The position numbers and the translations under genes were made by a program. The notes under the pieces are model-generated. The model did not search any database. It was given only the letters and a program-made list of their open reading frames with translations, and was not told the origin of the DNA. 64,000 nt of DNA from an uncultured Clostridia bacterium (lineage in GTDB: Bacteria; Bacillota; Clostridia; TANB77; CAG-465), in the NCBI GenBank assembly GCA_944387385.1, contig CALXES010000003.1, positions 93 through 64,092 on the forward strand, read 5' to 3'. Below are positions 19,836 through 30,509 of this stretch, in pieces (position 1 is the stretch's first letter; each line of letters opens with the position of its first letter).

Positions 19836-22433
19836 TTATTCTAACTTTTCTTTAAGCTTATATAATACTTCTAAAGCATCTTTTGGAGTAAGTTCGTCTA
19901 AATCTATTTTTTCAAGCATTCCTGTCACTTCAGCCATTTTATAATTAAACATATCCACCTGCACTTCTTCAGTTGTTATTTTCTTTCTTTTTTCATCAAT
20001 TGTTTTTTTAGCTAAATCTACATTTTCAAGATATTTTAATATTTCTTTAGCTCTAGATATTACCGGCTTTTTTATACCAGCAAGTTTTGCAACATATATA
20101 CCATAAGATTCATCTGCTCCTCCAGCAATAATCTTTCTTAAGAATATTACTTCGTCACCTTTTTCTTTAACCTCAATAGAATAATTTTTTACTCCTTCTA
20201 TTTTACTCTCTAGCTCAATAAGTTCATGATAATGAGTTGCAAATAGAGTCTTTGCTCCAACTTTATCAGTCATATATTCTACAGTTGACCATGCTATAGC
20301 TAGTCCATCATAAGTTGAAGTTCCTCGTCCTATTTCATCAAGAATAACTAAACTATCTTTTGTTGCATTTTCTAATATATTAGATAGCTCTTTCATTTCT
20401 ACCATAAACGTAGATTGTCCTGTTGCTAAATCATCTGATGCACCTATTCTTGTAAATATCCTATCAACAATAGAAATAGTTGCACTATCAGCTGGAACAA
20501 AAGAACCAAGTTGTGACATATATGTAATTATGGCTATTTGTCTCATATATGTAGATTTACCTGCCATATTAGGACCAGTTATTATTAAAAATCTATCTGT
20601 AGTATTATTTAAAAAAGCATCATTTGGTATAAACTGTTCGTTTTTTAAAGCTTTCTCAACTACAGCATGTCTACCATTTTTTATGTCTATTATTCCATCT
20701 TCAGTAATTTTTGGCTTGACATAGTTATTATTAACTGCAACTGTTGCAAAAGAACATAATACATCTAAAATAGATATTATAGAAGCTGTCTTTTGTATTC
20801 TTATTACTTGTAAAGCAACTTCTTCTCTAATTTTACAAAACAAATCATATTCCAAATCCACTAATTTTTCTTTTGCTCCAAGAATTTTTTCTTCTATTTC
20901 CTTTAATTCTTCTGTTACATACCTTTCAGCTCCAGCTAAAGTCTGCTTACGTATATATCTATCTTCTGGTACTTGTGATTTATAAGAATTTGTTACTTCT
21001 ATATAATATCCAAAAACTCTATTATATCCGATTCTTAACCATTTTCCTTTTATTCCTGTAAGCTCTTTTTCCCTTGCTTCAAGTTCCATTAACCACTCTT
21101 GTCCTTTAGTAGAAGCATTTCTATAATCATCTACTTGTGTACTAAATCCATCTTTTATTATTCCGCCTTCTTTAATCGTAACACCTGCATCTTCAATTAT
21201 AGCTTTATCTATTAGAGTAAATACATCTTCAAGTGTATCAATTGAATTTAAGAACTCATTAAAGTACCCATCGTTTGTTTTTTCAACTATATTTTGAATT
21301 AATTTTTTTAAATCAGGTAATCTTTTTAAAGAATTTTTTAACGATGTAAGTTCTCTTGCATTAACGCTTCCACCAACAACTTTAGATATTAATCTTTCTA
21401 TATCATAAACTGTCTTTAACATATCTTGTAAGTCATCTCTAAAAATATTATTATTTACAAGTACTTCAACTGCATTTTGTCTTTTCTCAATCTCATTCTT
21501 ATTTAAAAGAGGTGACTCGAGCCAATGTCTTAAAGCACGCCCGCCCATAGCTGTTACAGTTTCATCTAGAACCCAAAGAAGACTTCCCTTTTTAGTATGT
21601 TCTCTATTAGACTCTAGTATTTCCAAATTTTTTCTTGTTGAAGTGTCAAGCTGCATATATCTTTCTATATCATATTTAGTAATTGTATTAATTTGCTCAA
21701 TAGAACTTTTTTGTGTCTCTTCAATATAATTTATAAGAAGAGTAGCAGCTTCGTTTTCATATTTACTTAAGTCAATATTTTGTTTTTCTAAAATATCTGA
21801 TAAGAATTTACTCTTTTCATTGTTATTATATGTACTTACATAAATATCAAATATCTTATTAAATTCTTTAAAAAAAATAGAATTTTCTTTTGTAGACTCT
21901 GACAATATAATTTCAGAAGGAGCAATTCTAGAAATTTCATTTAATACTTTAGTAATTACATCAATTCCACTTACACTTGATACCAAAAATTCACCCGTAG
22001 ATACATCACAAAAAGAAATTGCGGCTTCTTTTCTGTCCATATATATACTTGCTATATAGTTATTTTTCTTTTCATCAAGCATTGTTAAATCTGTAATTGT
22101 ACCAGGTGTAACAATTTTTACTACGTCTCTTTTTACTATTCCTTTTGCATATCTTGGATCTTCTAATTGTTCACATATTGCCACTTTATATCCTTTTTCA
22201 ATAAGTTTGGTAATATATGTGTCTCTTGCATGATGTGGTATACCACACATTGGAGCTCTTTCTTCTAATCCACAATCTTTTCCAGTTAAAGTAAGTTCAA
22301 GCTCTTTACTTACAGTAATTGCATCATCAAAAAACATCTCATAAAAATCGCCTAATCTATAAAATAAAATACAATCTTTATATTTTTCTTTTGTATCTAA
22401 ATAATTTTGCATCATTGGCGTAACTTGTGCCAT
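19836..22433 (-). CDS. mutS: DNA mismatch repair protein MutS
   Basis: GDFYEMF, GPNMAGKST, DEIGRGTST, FATHY. Confidence 0.98.
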   Translation of the reverse strand: MAQVTPMMQNYLDTKEKYKDCILFYRLGDFYEMFFDDAITVSKELELTLTGKDCGLEERAPMCGIPHHARDTYITKLIEKGYKVAICEQLEDPRYAKGIVKRDVVKIVTPGTITDLTMLDEKKNNYIASIYMDRKEAAISFCDVSTGEFLVSSVSGIDVITKVLNEISRIAPSEIILSESTKENSIFFKEFNKIFDIYVSTYNNNEKSKFLSDILEKQNIDLSKYENEAATLLINYIEETQKSSIEQINTITKYDIERYMQLDTSTRKNLEILESNREHTKKGSLLWVLDETVTAMGGRALRHWLESPLLNKNEIEKRQNAVEVLVNNNIFRDDLQDMLKTVYDIERLISKVVGGSVNARELTSLKNSLKRLPDLKKLIQNIVEKTNDGYFNEFLNSIDTLEDVFTLIDKAIIEDAGVTIKEGGIIKDGFSTQVDDYRNASTKGQEWLMELEAREKELTGIKGKWLRIGYNRVFGYYIEVTNSYKSQVPEDRYIRKQTLAGAERYVTEELKEIEEKILGAKEKLVDLEYDLFCKIREEVALQVIRIQKTASIISILDVLCSFATVAVNNNYVKPKITEDGIIDIKNGRHAVVEKALKNEQFIPNDAFLNNTTDRFLIITGPNMAGKSTYMRQIAIITYMSQLGSFVPADSATISIVDRIFTRIGASDDLATGQSTFMVEMKELSNILENATKDSLVILDEIGRGTSTYDGLAIAWSTVEYMTDKVGAKTLFATHYHELIELESKIEGVKNYSIEVKEKGDEVIFLRKIIAGGADESYGIYVAKLAGIKKPVISRAKEILKYLENVDLAKKTIDEKRKKITTEEVQVDMFNYKMAEVTGMLEKIDLDELTPKDALEVLYKLKEKLE

Positions 22434-22524
22434 TTTTCTGCCCCCTTAAACAGAGTTTATTATATCAAAAAATGTAAAAAAATGCAATAAATCTAAATCT
22501 ATAGAATACTTTTAAATACCTTAA

Positions 22525-23010
22525 TTATATTATTATTTTTGTAATAATAATAGCTAAAATTATTGCAGTTATATCTCCTATTAGCCCGCAAATAATAGGA
22601 AGCTTCATATCTTTTATTTTTATCTTACTAGACATTATCGAAATAACATATAGTGTAGTTTCAGTTGAAGCCATAATTAAAGATGCAAAAATCCCATTAA
22701 AGCTATCTGGACCATACTTATTAAATATATCTACAACTAAAGCTGTAGAAGCTCCACCAGATAAAGGTTTCATTAGCATTAAAGGTAATATATCTCCTTG
22801 AATATTAAATAATTTAATATTATTTAATATTCCAGTATCGTTAATTAAACCTGCTATTATTGTTATAGCAAATATATATGGGAAAATATTGTATACTGTT
22901 TTAAGCCCAGTTTTTACTCCTTCAATAAATAAACTATATATATTTTTCTTCTCAAATAATGCTATAACAACAATAATTAATATAAAAACTGGTATTATAT
23001 AACTACTCAT
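22525..23010 (-). CDS. spmB: spore maturation protein B
   Basis: KPLSGG, YGPDS, STETT motifs; coupled to spmA. Confidence 0.88.
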   Translation of the reverse strand: MSSYIIPVFILIIVVIALFEKKNIYSLFIEGVKTGLKTVYNIFPYIFAITIIAGLINDTGILNNIKLFNIQGDILPLMLMKPLSGGASTALVVDIFNKYGPDSFNGIFASLIMASTETTLYVISIMSSKIKIKDMKLPIICGLIGDITAIILAIIITKIII

Positions 23011-23578
23011 TTTTTCTCCATAATAAGTTTACAGATATTAACGATACTACTAATGATACAAAAGATATAACTATAACCGGAATTATTATTTTTTCAGGAT
23101 TTTGTGAATTATATAATGCTCTAAGCGAAATCATTGAAGTAGGAATTATTTGCATTGAAGCTGTATTCAAAGCAATAAAAACAGCCATAGATTTATTAAG
23201 CTTTTCTTTATGCTTATTTGTCTTTTGCATCTCTTCTATTCCATTTAAACTATTTATTGTTGCTGCATTCCCCACACCTAATATATTTGAAGCTATATTT
23301 AGACTTATATACTCTTTACTTTTTTCTGAAACTTCATCCTTTTTAAATAAAAATGAAAAGATATTATATATTTTTTTAGATAATTTAGACAAAGTACTAG
23401 TATTAGATAATATATTAAAAATCCCACTCCAAAAAATTAACATGCTAGCAATAACTAAAACATTTTCTATTGCATTTTTTGAACTACTTGTAATTGAATC
23501 TATTACTACACTTGGATCACTTGAAATACACGAAAATATAATACAGATTACAAGTAATAAAGACCAAATAATTGACAT
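23003..23578 (-). CDS. spmA: spore maturation protein A
   Basis: WSG, NILGVGNAAT, NTAS.QIIP. Confidence 0.9.
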   Translation of the reverse strand: MSIIWSLLLVICIIFSCISSDPSVVIDSITSSSKNAIENVLVIASMLIFWSGIFNILSNTSTLSKLSKKIYNIFSFLFKKDEVSEKSKEYISLNIASNILGVGNAATINSLNGIEEMQKTNKHKEKLNKSMAVFIALNTASMQIIPTSMISLRALYNSQNPEKIIIPVIVISFVSLVVSLISVNLLWRKNE

Positions 23579-23593
23579 ATTTCACCTCATTAG

Positions 23594-23622
23594 ATTATAT
23601 GTTTTTATATTTTTTATATTCT
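23594..23622 (-). promoter_or_regulatory. putative sigma-E promoter of spmAB
   Basis: GAATA, about 15 bp, CATATAAT on the minus strand; spmAB is sigma-E controlled in Bacillus. Confidence 0.5.
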
Positions 23623-23680
23623 ATTTAAAAGCAATTGAAAAAATTATTATTTTTACTGTATAATTTTATAAGGTGAAAAT

Positions 23681-24352
23681 ATGAAAAAAAATTTATTTTT
23701 TGATGTTGGAAGTACACTTTTATATCCGAAAACAAAAGAATGGTTTATTCCACCTAATTATAAAAAAATTCTTGGAGATATAGATACAAATTTATTCAAA
23801 GAAAGTATAGATAAAAACAAATTTTTACTAGATGAAAGAAATATTAATACTGAAGAGCAAGAATTTGAAATGTTTTCTAAATTTTACTATAATGTTCTAA
23901 AAGATTTTAATTATTCAAACATTACTACAGAAATAATACAAAATTTAGCATATGATTGTGTTTACAACGATGATAAATTTGTATTTTATAAAGAAGTAAA
24001 AAGAGAACTTAAAAATTTATCTAAAGAGTATGACATGTATATTATATCCGATGCGTGGCCGTCTACATACAGAATACTAAAAAACTATGGTATATATGAT
24101 TTATTTAAAAACGTATATATATCTTCTGATTTAGGATTTAAAAAATCTGATAAGATGTTATTTGAAATAGCTCTTGAAAACATATCTTTAAACGATATAA
24201 ACTACTTTATAGATGATAGGTTTGAACTACTTAAAATATCCGAAAAATATGGATTTATACCAATAATCATAGATAGAAATGATAACGAATTAACAAATTA
24301 TATAGAAGTTAGAAATCTTACACAATTAAGACACTTATTAAAAATAATATAG
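23681..24352 (+). CDS. HAD-superfamily hydrolase
   Basis: FFDVGSTL, ISD, K, FIDD motifs. Confidence 0.8.
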   Translation: MKKNLFFDVGSTLLYPKTKEWFIPPNYKKILGDIDTNLFKESIDKNKFLLDERNINTEEQEFEMFSKFYYNVLKDFNYSNITTEIIQNLAYDCVYNDDKFVFYKEVKRELKNLSKEYDMYIISDAWPSTYRILKNYGIYDLFKNVYISSDLGFKKSDKMLFEIALENISLNDINYFIDDRFELLKISEKYGFIPIIIDRNDNELTNYIEVRNLTQLRHLLKII

Positions 24353-24376
24353 ATAGCAAAAAATGCTATCTATATT

Positions 24377-24817
24377 TTAATCACTATAATCAAGTAGTTC
24401 ATAAGTATATGCTACTTCAATTTTATTATTATTTTCTCTTTTTTTACTTTCAACTCCACCCGAGCTTTTTAAAAATTTTCTCATCTTTTCATTTTTTTCG
24501 TCACACCAAACAATCAAATTTCTATAGCCTTTATCAAAAAGTTCTCTTTTTGTTTCAAAAAGCACTTCTGAATTTATTACATCTTTATTTTTTATATTTC
24601 TTGTATAAATACCATAAATCTCAGAGTCATAATCATCATCATCTATTTCATCAGTTCCAAAAAAAGATGCACTAACTATATCTTTTTCATCATTTTCATA
24701 TACATATAAATATCTTAAGTCATTATTTATATATTTTTTTATTTCATCTTCTGTTAAATTGATTGATGGAATACTTTTAATTTTATCTATATCAGATATT
24801 TCTGCTTTTCTATACAT
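24377..24817 (-). CDS. GNAT-fold protein (divergent)
   Basis: YRKAEISD, SEIYGIY, VWC..N..RKF...GG; acetyl-CoA loop poorly conserved. Confidence 0.6.
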   Translation of the reverse strand: MYRKAEISDIDKIKSIPSINLTEDEIKKYINNDLRYLYVYENDEKDIVSASFFGTDEIDDDDYDSEIYGIYTRNIKNKDVINSEVLFETKRELFDKGYRNLIVWCDEKNEKMRKFLKSSGGVESKKRENNNKIEVAYTYELLDYSD

Positions 24818-24907
24818 CTATTACACCTCTTTTATTTTAATAATATTCTTCCTCATAATACTATATTTATATCTATATTACATTAAATTATAAAAAAAAT
24901 CAACAAT

Positions 24908-26521
24908 CTATTTTTTCATATCATCATAGTTTCCCAAATATGAATTAATCTTATAATCTTGAATATTAAAAACTCTAGTTGCAAGTTTATTAATAAAGTA
25001 TCTGTCATGAGACACAAAAAGAACCGTCCCTTTATAATCTTTTAAAGCTTCTTCTAATATTTCTCTTGTATCTATGTCAATATGATTTGTAGGCTCATCA
25101 AGTATTAAAAAATTTATATTTTTTAACATAAGTTTCATAAGTATAAGTCTTACTTTCTCTCCGCCAGACAACTTTCCAATTCTTTTAAATACATCCTCAC
25201 TTCTAAATCCATACCTTGCAAGTTGCTTTCTTGCATCAGTCTCTGTAAGACCACTATCGTGAATATAATATCTTAAAACTGTTTGTGTATCATCATCAAA
25301 TGTAATGTTTTGTGGAATATAACCAATTTTTATTGATGTACCAATTCTTATTAGTCCAATATATTCAGTATCTTTACCTAAAATCATATTAATTAAAGTC
25401 GATTTTCCTGCCCCATTGCTCCCAAGTAAAGCTGCTTTTTCTCCATATACAAGTAACATATCTGCATCTTTAAAAATAATCTTATTATTAAAGCTCTTAT
25501 TTAATTTTTCTATTTTTACAACTTCTTTTCCTGATCTTATATCCATATTAAATTTTAAAGAAATAGATTTCTTATCTATTTCTACTTTTTCAATGACGTC
25601 CATTTTTTCAAGTCTTTTTTCTATACTCTTAGCTCTTTTAAAAAACAATTCATTTTTAGCTAATTCTCCAAATTTTCTAAGTTTTGCTATAGACTCTTTC
25701 ATTTTTTCTATTTGCTTTTGCTGATTTTTATAGTTTTCAAATTGTGCTAAAGTTCTTCTTTCATCTTCTTCTAAAAAATATGAATAATTTCCATAATATA
25801 CATTAGCTTTTCCATTTTCTAAAAGTACTGTCTTTGTTGCGACTTTATCTAAAAAATATCTGTCATGTGACACTATTAAAATACTACCCTTATACTTTAA
25901 TATAAGCTCTTCTAAAAATTCTAATGAATCTATATCCAAATGATTTGTAGGTTCATCTAACAATAATATATCTGGTTCTTTAAGTAAAAGTCTTGCTAAG
26001 TTTACCTTTGTCTTTTCTCCGCCACTTAAAAGATTATAGCTTTGATTTAAAACTTTATCTGATATATAAAATTTAGTACATATCTTATTAAATTTTTCTT
26101 GTACTTCATAACCACCATTAAGTGTATATTTTTCTTGAAGTCTACCATATTCATTTAAAATTTTTTCAAGTTTCTTTGCATCTTGCTCTATTGACATACT
26201 ATTTTCTAATACAGACATTTTTTCTTCTAATCTAAAAATATCTTCAAAACTCTTGTATAAATATTCTCTAACAGATATATCATCTTTCTCATTTTCATAT
26301 ATCTGATTTAATATTCCAATTTTAGCCTGATTTCTTATACTAATAGTTCCATCATCTATATTTTCTTGTTTTGATATTATCTTAAGAACAGTGGATTTTC
26401 CACTTCCATTAGGTCCTACTAATGCTACTCTTTCTCCTGTTTTTACTTCTAAATTAAAACCATCTAGAATATTCTTTAAACCATAATTTTTCTTAATATT
26501 ATTTAATTCTATTTCTATCAT
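24908..26521 (-). CDS. ABC-F family ATPase, ribosome-protection-like
   Basis: Two ABC cassettes (GPNGSGKS and GSNGAGKS, LSGGE, DEPTNH), no TM domain, helical linker. Confidence 0.92.
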   Translation of the reverse strand: MIEIELNNIKKNYGLKNILDGFNLEVKTGERVALVGPNGSGKSTVLKIISKQENIDDGTISIRNQAKIGILNQIYENEKDDISVREYLYKSFEDIFRLEEKMSVLENSMSIEQDAKKLEKILNEYGRLQEKYTLNGGYEVQEKFNKICTKFYISDKVLNQSYNLLSGGEKTKVNLARLLLKEPDILLLDEPTNHLDIDSLEFLEELILKYKGSILIVSHDRYFLDKVATKTVLLENGKANVYYGNYSYFLEEDERRTLAQFENYKNQQKQIEKMKESIAKLRKFGELAKNELFFKRAKSIEKRLEKMDVIEKVEIDKKSISLKFNMDIRSGKEVVKIEKLNKSFNNKIIFKDADMLLVYGEKAALLGSNGAGKSTLINMILGKDTEYIGLIRIGTSIKIGYIPQNITFDDDTQTVLRYYIHDSGLTETDARKQLARYGFRSEDVFKRIGKLSGGEKVRLILMKLMLKNINFLILDEPTNHIDIDTREILEEALKDYKGTVLFVSHDRYFINKLATRVFNIQDYKINSYLGNYDDMKK

Positions 26522-26563
26522 ATTTTATATCTCCTTATTATTCATCTTAAAATTAATATAAAT

Positions 26564-26616
26564 AACGAGATATAATTGCCGAATTAACTATTACAACACC
26601 GGCTATTTATCTCGTT
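26564..26616 (-). promoter_or_regulatory. attenuator hairpin in the ABC-F leader
   Basis: AACGAGATA..GCCG / CGGC..TATCTCGTT inverted repeat overlapping the leader-peptide stop, followed by a U-rich stretch. Confidence 0.65.
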
Positions 26617-26681
26617 GCAATAGTTTCACAGCCATAGGCTCTTACTTTAACCTTACTAGCTAATATTTCAATTTTAGTCAT
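26607..26681 (-). CDS. leader peptide MTKIEILASKVKVRAYGCETIATR (not in ORF track)
   Basis: GGAGG RBS 6 nt before ATG; downstream of a TTGAAA-17-TATAAT promoter. Confidence 0.7.
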   Translation of the reverse strand: MTKIEILASKVKVRAYGCETIATR

Positions 26682-26714
26682 TTTATTCCTCCAATTTCAT
26701 TAATTATGTATAAT

Positions 26715-26743
26715 ATTATACCAAAAAAGTATATATTTTTCAA
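26715..26743 (-). promoter_or_regulatory. sigma-A promoter of the ABC-F leader
   Basis: TTGAAA-17 bp-TATAAT with extended TG. Confidence 0.7.
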
Positions 26744-26869
26744 TAAACGAAAAATATAATATCATAAAAATATTTTTAATATCTATTTTTACTAAAACTT
26801 ATTTACAAAGATTTAAAGTTTATATATAATTTAAATATAATTTTATTATTTTTGATAGGGAGATTAAAA

Positions 26870-29026
26870 ATGAAATATATTAAATTTTTTTTAAGAAAAA
26901 TTAAAAAACTATTGCTATCTTTATTACTTGTTTTTTTTCCTTTTTTCATTGTCTTAATACCTGTAGGTATAATGGCTATAATAGAATTTTTTTCTGGTGA
27001 AACAGAAATTAATGGTATTAATGACTATTGTAATTTAACTGACATAAGTTATACAGCATTAGTACAAGATAATGAAAATGCGAGTGTCGAAATTACAGAA
27101 TATCTAACTTTTGATATTCATGCTTCGTCAACATCTAACATGTATAAAGAAGTATGGAGAGAGCTTCCAGAAGAATATGTTGATGGTCTAAAACTAACTT
27201 ATGATGTAAAATCGGTATCTCAAATTTTAGATAACGGTCAAGAAATTTCATATGCTGAAACATCTAAAATGTATTGGGATGATTCAGACTATACTCAAAG
27301 CTCAACAAAATATTGGCACCATAGTGATGGAGATGGAAAGTATCCAGATAATGACGAATCTTTATTGATATATATTCCATGGACATATAGAGATAAATTA
27401 ACTTTTAAAATTGTATATACAATGAATAATGCTGCTTTAAAATACAAAGATTGTTCTGAACTATATTTAGCAATGTATTCAGGAGATGCTGTAACAAAAT
27501 TAAATTCATATAAAGCACAAATTGTTGTACCAAATGAACTAATGCCATCATCATATTATACTTATACTTTTGGTACTTCTAAAAGCAGATTACCATATAC
27601 TGAATCTGATACATTAAACCCTGGATATCATACATTTTCAATTAATTTAGATAAATCTGATTTAAAATTTGATTATAATAATAGATATCTAGAATTTTGT
27701 TTACTTACATACGGAGATGATAAACATATATTTACTCAAAATGCACCTAATAATAGCTATTCAAATCAAAATGTTTTAGATGAATGTATTGAAGAAAATG
27801 AGTATTATGAAAATGAGAACAAAGCAAATAATAAGAAAAAAATTATTATTTTATCTTTCTCAATAATTGCATCTATATTAGTTATTATTAAGTCAATAAA
27901 AACATATAAAAAAGAAAAAAACAAATACACTTTTTATAAACCAGATATTGATTTTGATTACTTTAGAGAAATTCCAAGTGATTTAGATCCAATTTTTGCA
28001 TCAGAATTAGTGTTTATGAAAGATCCTCTAGACGAAAATAAAGAGAAAAAAGAGGAATATGCAGCAATTTTACTTAGTCTTGTTAGAAAAAAATATGTTA
28101 AATTAAGTAAATTAACTGAATCTACAGATTGGAATAAATATAATACATTAATAACTTTAGAACCTATAAAAACAGAATCATCAGTACCAGAATATAGTGA
28201 CTCTATAGATTATTCACCAGAACCAACTTATACTTCAATTAATGAAAATACTGGTGAAAAAGTAGAAGAACTTACAACTTCAGAAAGACTTTATTTAGAG
28301 TTATTAGAAAGATATGCAAAAGCTAATGGAAACCAAATTACATTAGAACAATTTCAAAAAAATATAAACTTAGACTATACTCATACCAACTCATTTGTAA
28401 AAGATATGGAAAAGAAACCAATCTTAGAAAATGGAGTAGCAAAAGGATATTTTCAAACTAAAGATTATGATAAACCTAAGAAAGGACTTGAAAGTAAAGC
28501 TTCACTTAGCTTAACTGTTGGCATATTATTATTAACCGTTATAAACTTAATATTCTATTATTCAAATCTAGGATTATGTTTTGGAGCTTTTACTATTTTA
28601 GGTATAGCATTTTTATGGAGATATTTTTATTTAACAGTAAAATCTAGTGATTTAATCCTACTTACACAATACGGCGCTAATGAACAAGCAAAATGGTATG
28701 GACTATATAACTTCTTAAAAAGTGATACATTAATTAAAGAAAGAAACGTTCACGAATTACCATTATGGGAAAAATACTTAATATATGCAACTGCTTTTGG
28801 AATTTCCGAAAAAGTTATTAAAGCTATAAAAATAAATGCTATAGAATTAAACGTTGATGAAAGTCCTATATTAAATCGTAGCTTTTATATACATTCAAGT
28901 AATTTTCATCATACATCAAGATCATTTGGTAGATCACTTCATACATATTCAAGAGGTGGAGGATCTTTTGGACATGGATATGGAGGTGGCGGCCGTGGAG
29001 GCGGCGGTGGTGGCGGAGGTCACTAA
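26870..29026 (+). CDS. DUF2207-type membrane protein with Gly-rich tail
   Basis: Extracellular domain, Y.REIP, WEKYLIYATAFG, C-terminal GGGRGGGGGGGH. Confidence 0.85.
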   Translation: MKYIKFFLRKIKKLLLSLLLVFFPFFIVLIPVGIMAIIEFFSGETEINGINDYCNLTDISYTALVQDNENASVEITEYLTFDIHASSTSNMYKEVWRELPEEYVDGLKLTYDVKSVSQILDNGQEISYAETSKMYWDDSDYTQSSTKYWHHSDGDGKYPDNDESLLIYIPWTYRDKLTFKIVYTMNNAALKYKDCSELYLAMYSGDAVTKLNSYKAQIVVPNELMPSSYYTYTFGTSKSRLPYTESDTLNPGYHTFSINLDKSDLKFDYNNRYLEFCLLTYGDDKHIFTQNAPNNSYSNQNVLDECIEENEYYENENKANNKKKIIILSFSIIASILVIIKSIKTYKKEKNKYTFYKPDIDFDYFREIPSDLDPIFASELVFMKDPLDENKEKKEEYAAILLSLVRKKYVKLSKLTESTDWNKYNTLITLEPIKTESSVPEYSDSIDYSPEPTYTSINENTGEKVEELTTSERLYLELLERYAKANGNQITLEQFQKNINLDYTHTNSFVKDMEKKPILENGVAKGYFQTKDYDKPKKGLESKASLSLTVGILLLTVINLIFYYSNLGLCFGAFTILGIAFLWRYFYLTVKSSDLILLTQYGANEQAKWYGLYNFLKSDTLIKERNVHELPLWEKYLIYATAFGISEKVIKAIKINAIELNVDESPILNRSFYIHSSNFHHTSRSFGRSLHTYSRGGGSFGHGYGGGGRGGGGGGGGH

Positions 29027-29051
29027 AAAAAAGAGCATATGCTCTTTTTTT
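29025..29051. terminator. bidirectional intrinsic terminator
   Basis: AAAAAAGAGCATATGCTCTTTTTT. Confidence 0.85.
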
Positions 29052-30507
29052 ACTTTAAAATATCTTTTAATTGTAAATTATCTATTTTTATACTAAGACT
29101 TTTTTCAATTTTTTCTTTTTTTATTGTCTTATAAATTGTTTTGGAGATATATTTTTCAGCAAAATTAATTATTTCATTATATTCTTTAATATCATCTGGA
29201 AAATATATTCCTCCTTTTTCTTTATTTTTTATCATCCAACAAGCAGCAGATAAGGCTGACATAGCAACAGGTGTAATTGTAGGTGTTTGCCAAAAGGATG
29301 CTTTTTTGTCCTTATATAAATAATTTTTCTTAATTCTATTTCCAATCCACACCGGATCAAATTTACTTCCCAATAACAAAACCCCTACATATTCTGTACC
29401 TTTTCTTATATTTTCCTTATATATTATTTCATAATTTTCAGGATATTTAAATCCTCGTACTATTGATATATTATCATCTTGTGGCTTATTAATATCTGGT
29501 TTTAAATAATCATTTACTTCTGCATTTTTTAAATACCTTACTGCAAAATCACATGGAGAATATAAAAATACAACTGTAGGTCTATATATCACCCTATTAT
29601 CCTCTTTTACCTCAAGAGCTTTTGCAATAGATACCGTTTCTTCGTGTGGTACCAAAAAGCCCTCAAATTTTCCTTTAGGATAATAAGTATTTCCAATTTT
29701 ATTTATTGCAAGATCTTTAAATTCTAAGAATCCATTTTCCATATCTACTTTCTTGCAACTATCTAAATAATCTATTTTTTCATTTGTTCCAATATTTGCT
29801 GTTGCTTCACTTAACATTTCAAAAAAAAATGAATCAACAGACCATGTACTATATAGCTTATTTTCATAATATTTATCTTTAACTTTTTGATAATCATTAT
29901 CATTTACATGAATTTCTTTTAAATCAAGCAACTTTGCAAGTTCATTAAATTTACAATTTTCAATAAGCTCATTATACATTTTATTGTGCTTAAATTGCTT
30001 TCTTACAATATATTCAAGTCCAGCTTTTACAAAATGAGATACAAGTCCGGGATTGTTTCCGTGATGAATCACAATTGGATATTTATTTACATTTTCTATA
30101 TTTTTTAATTGTTCTCTTAGTTTTGACTTTTTCAAATTTTCTTCAAAAATATTATACCAATTATCACTCCAATCAGTTTCACCAGTGTTTAAGTACATTA
30201 TATTTTCTTTAGCACACCATTCAATAAAATCTTTAGTTCCAACACTATCTGCAAAATCTATTAGCAAACCCCCTTCACTTAAATATTTAGAAAATATTTT
30301 TTTAAAATTTTCTCTATTTATTTCAGCAACAATAAAATTTCCTATATTTCCACCCATTTCAAGAAAAAAACTATACTCTAACTTATCTCTAGAAATAACA
30401 AAATATTTTTTACTATCAAAGCTTATTTCCTTTGATACTTTTTCAAAAAAACTTTTTCCGACTGCTCCAAAGCCAAATTGAACAATATTATTATCAAATT
30501 TAATCAT
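29050..30507 (-). CDS. hss: homospermidine synthase (saccharopine dehydrogenase-like family)
   Basis: GFGAVG Rossmann motif, HGNNPGLVSHFVK, STWSVDSF, PHEE, YRPTV.F.Y.PCD. Confidence 0.8.
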   Translation of the reverse strand: MIKFDNNIVQFGFGAVGKSFFEKVSKEISFDSKKYFVISRDKLEYSFFLEMGGNIGNFIVAEINRENFKKIFSKYLSEGGLLIDFADSVGTKDFIEWCAKENIMYLNTGETDWSDNWYNIFEENLKKSKLREQLKNIENVNKYPIVIHHGNNPGLVSHFVKAGLEYIVRKQFKHNKMYNELIENCKFNELAKLLDLKEIHVNDNDYQKVKDKYYENKLYSTWSVDSFFFEMLSEATANIGTNEKIDYLDSCKKVDMENGFLEFKDLAINKIGNTYYPKGKFEGFLVPHEETVSIAKALEVKEDNRVIYRPTVVFLYSPCDFAVRYLKNAEVNDYLKPDINKPQDDNISIVRGFKYPENYEIIYKENIRKGTEYVGVLLLGSKFDPVWIGNRIKKNYLYKDKKASFWQTPTITPVAMSALSAACWMIKNKEKGGIYFPDDIKEYNEIINFAEKYISKTIYKTIKKEKIEKSLSIKIDNLQLKDILK

Positions 30508-30509
30508 AA

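Noticed and set aside
15673-22433. mutS-mutL-miaA without a following hfq
   Set aside because: hfq is absent or relocated in many Firmicutes; not informative from one window
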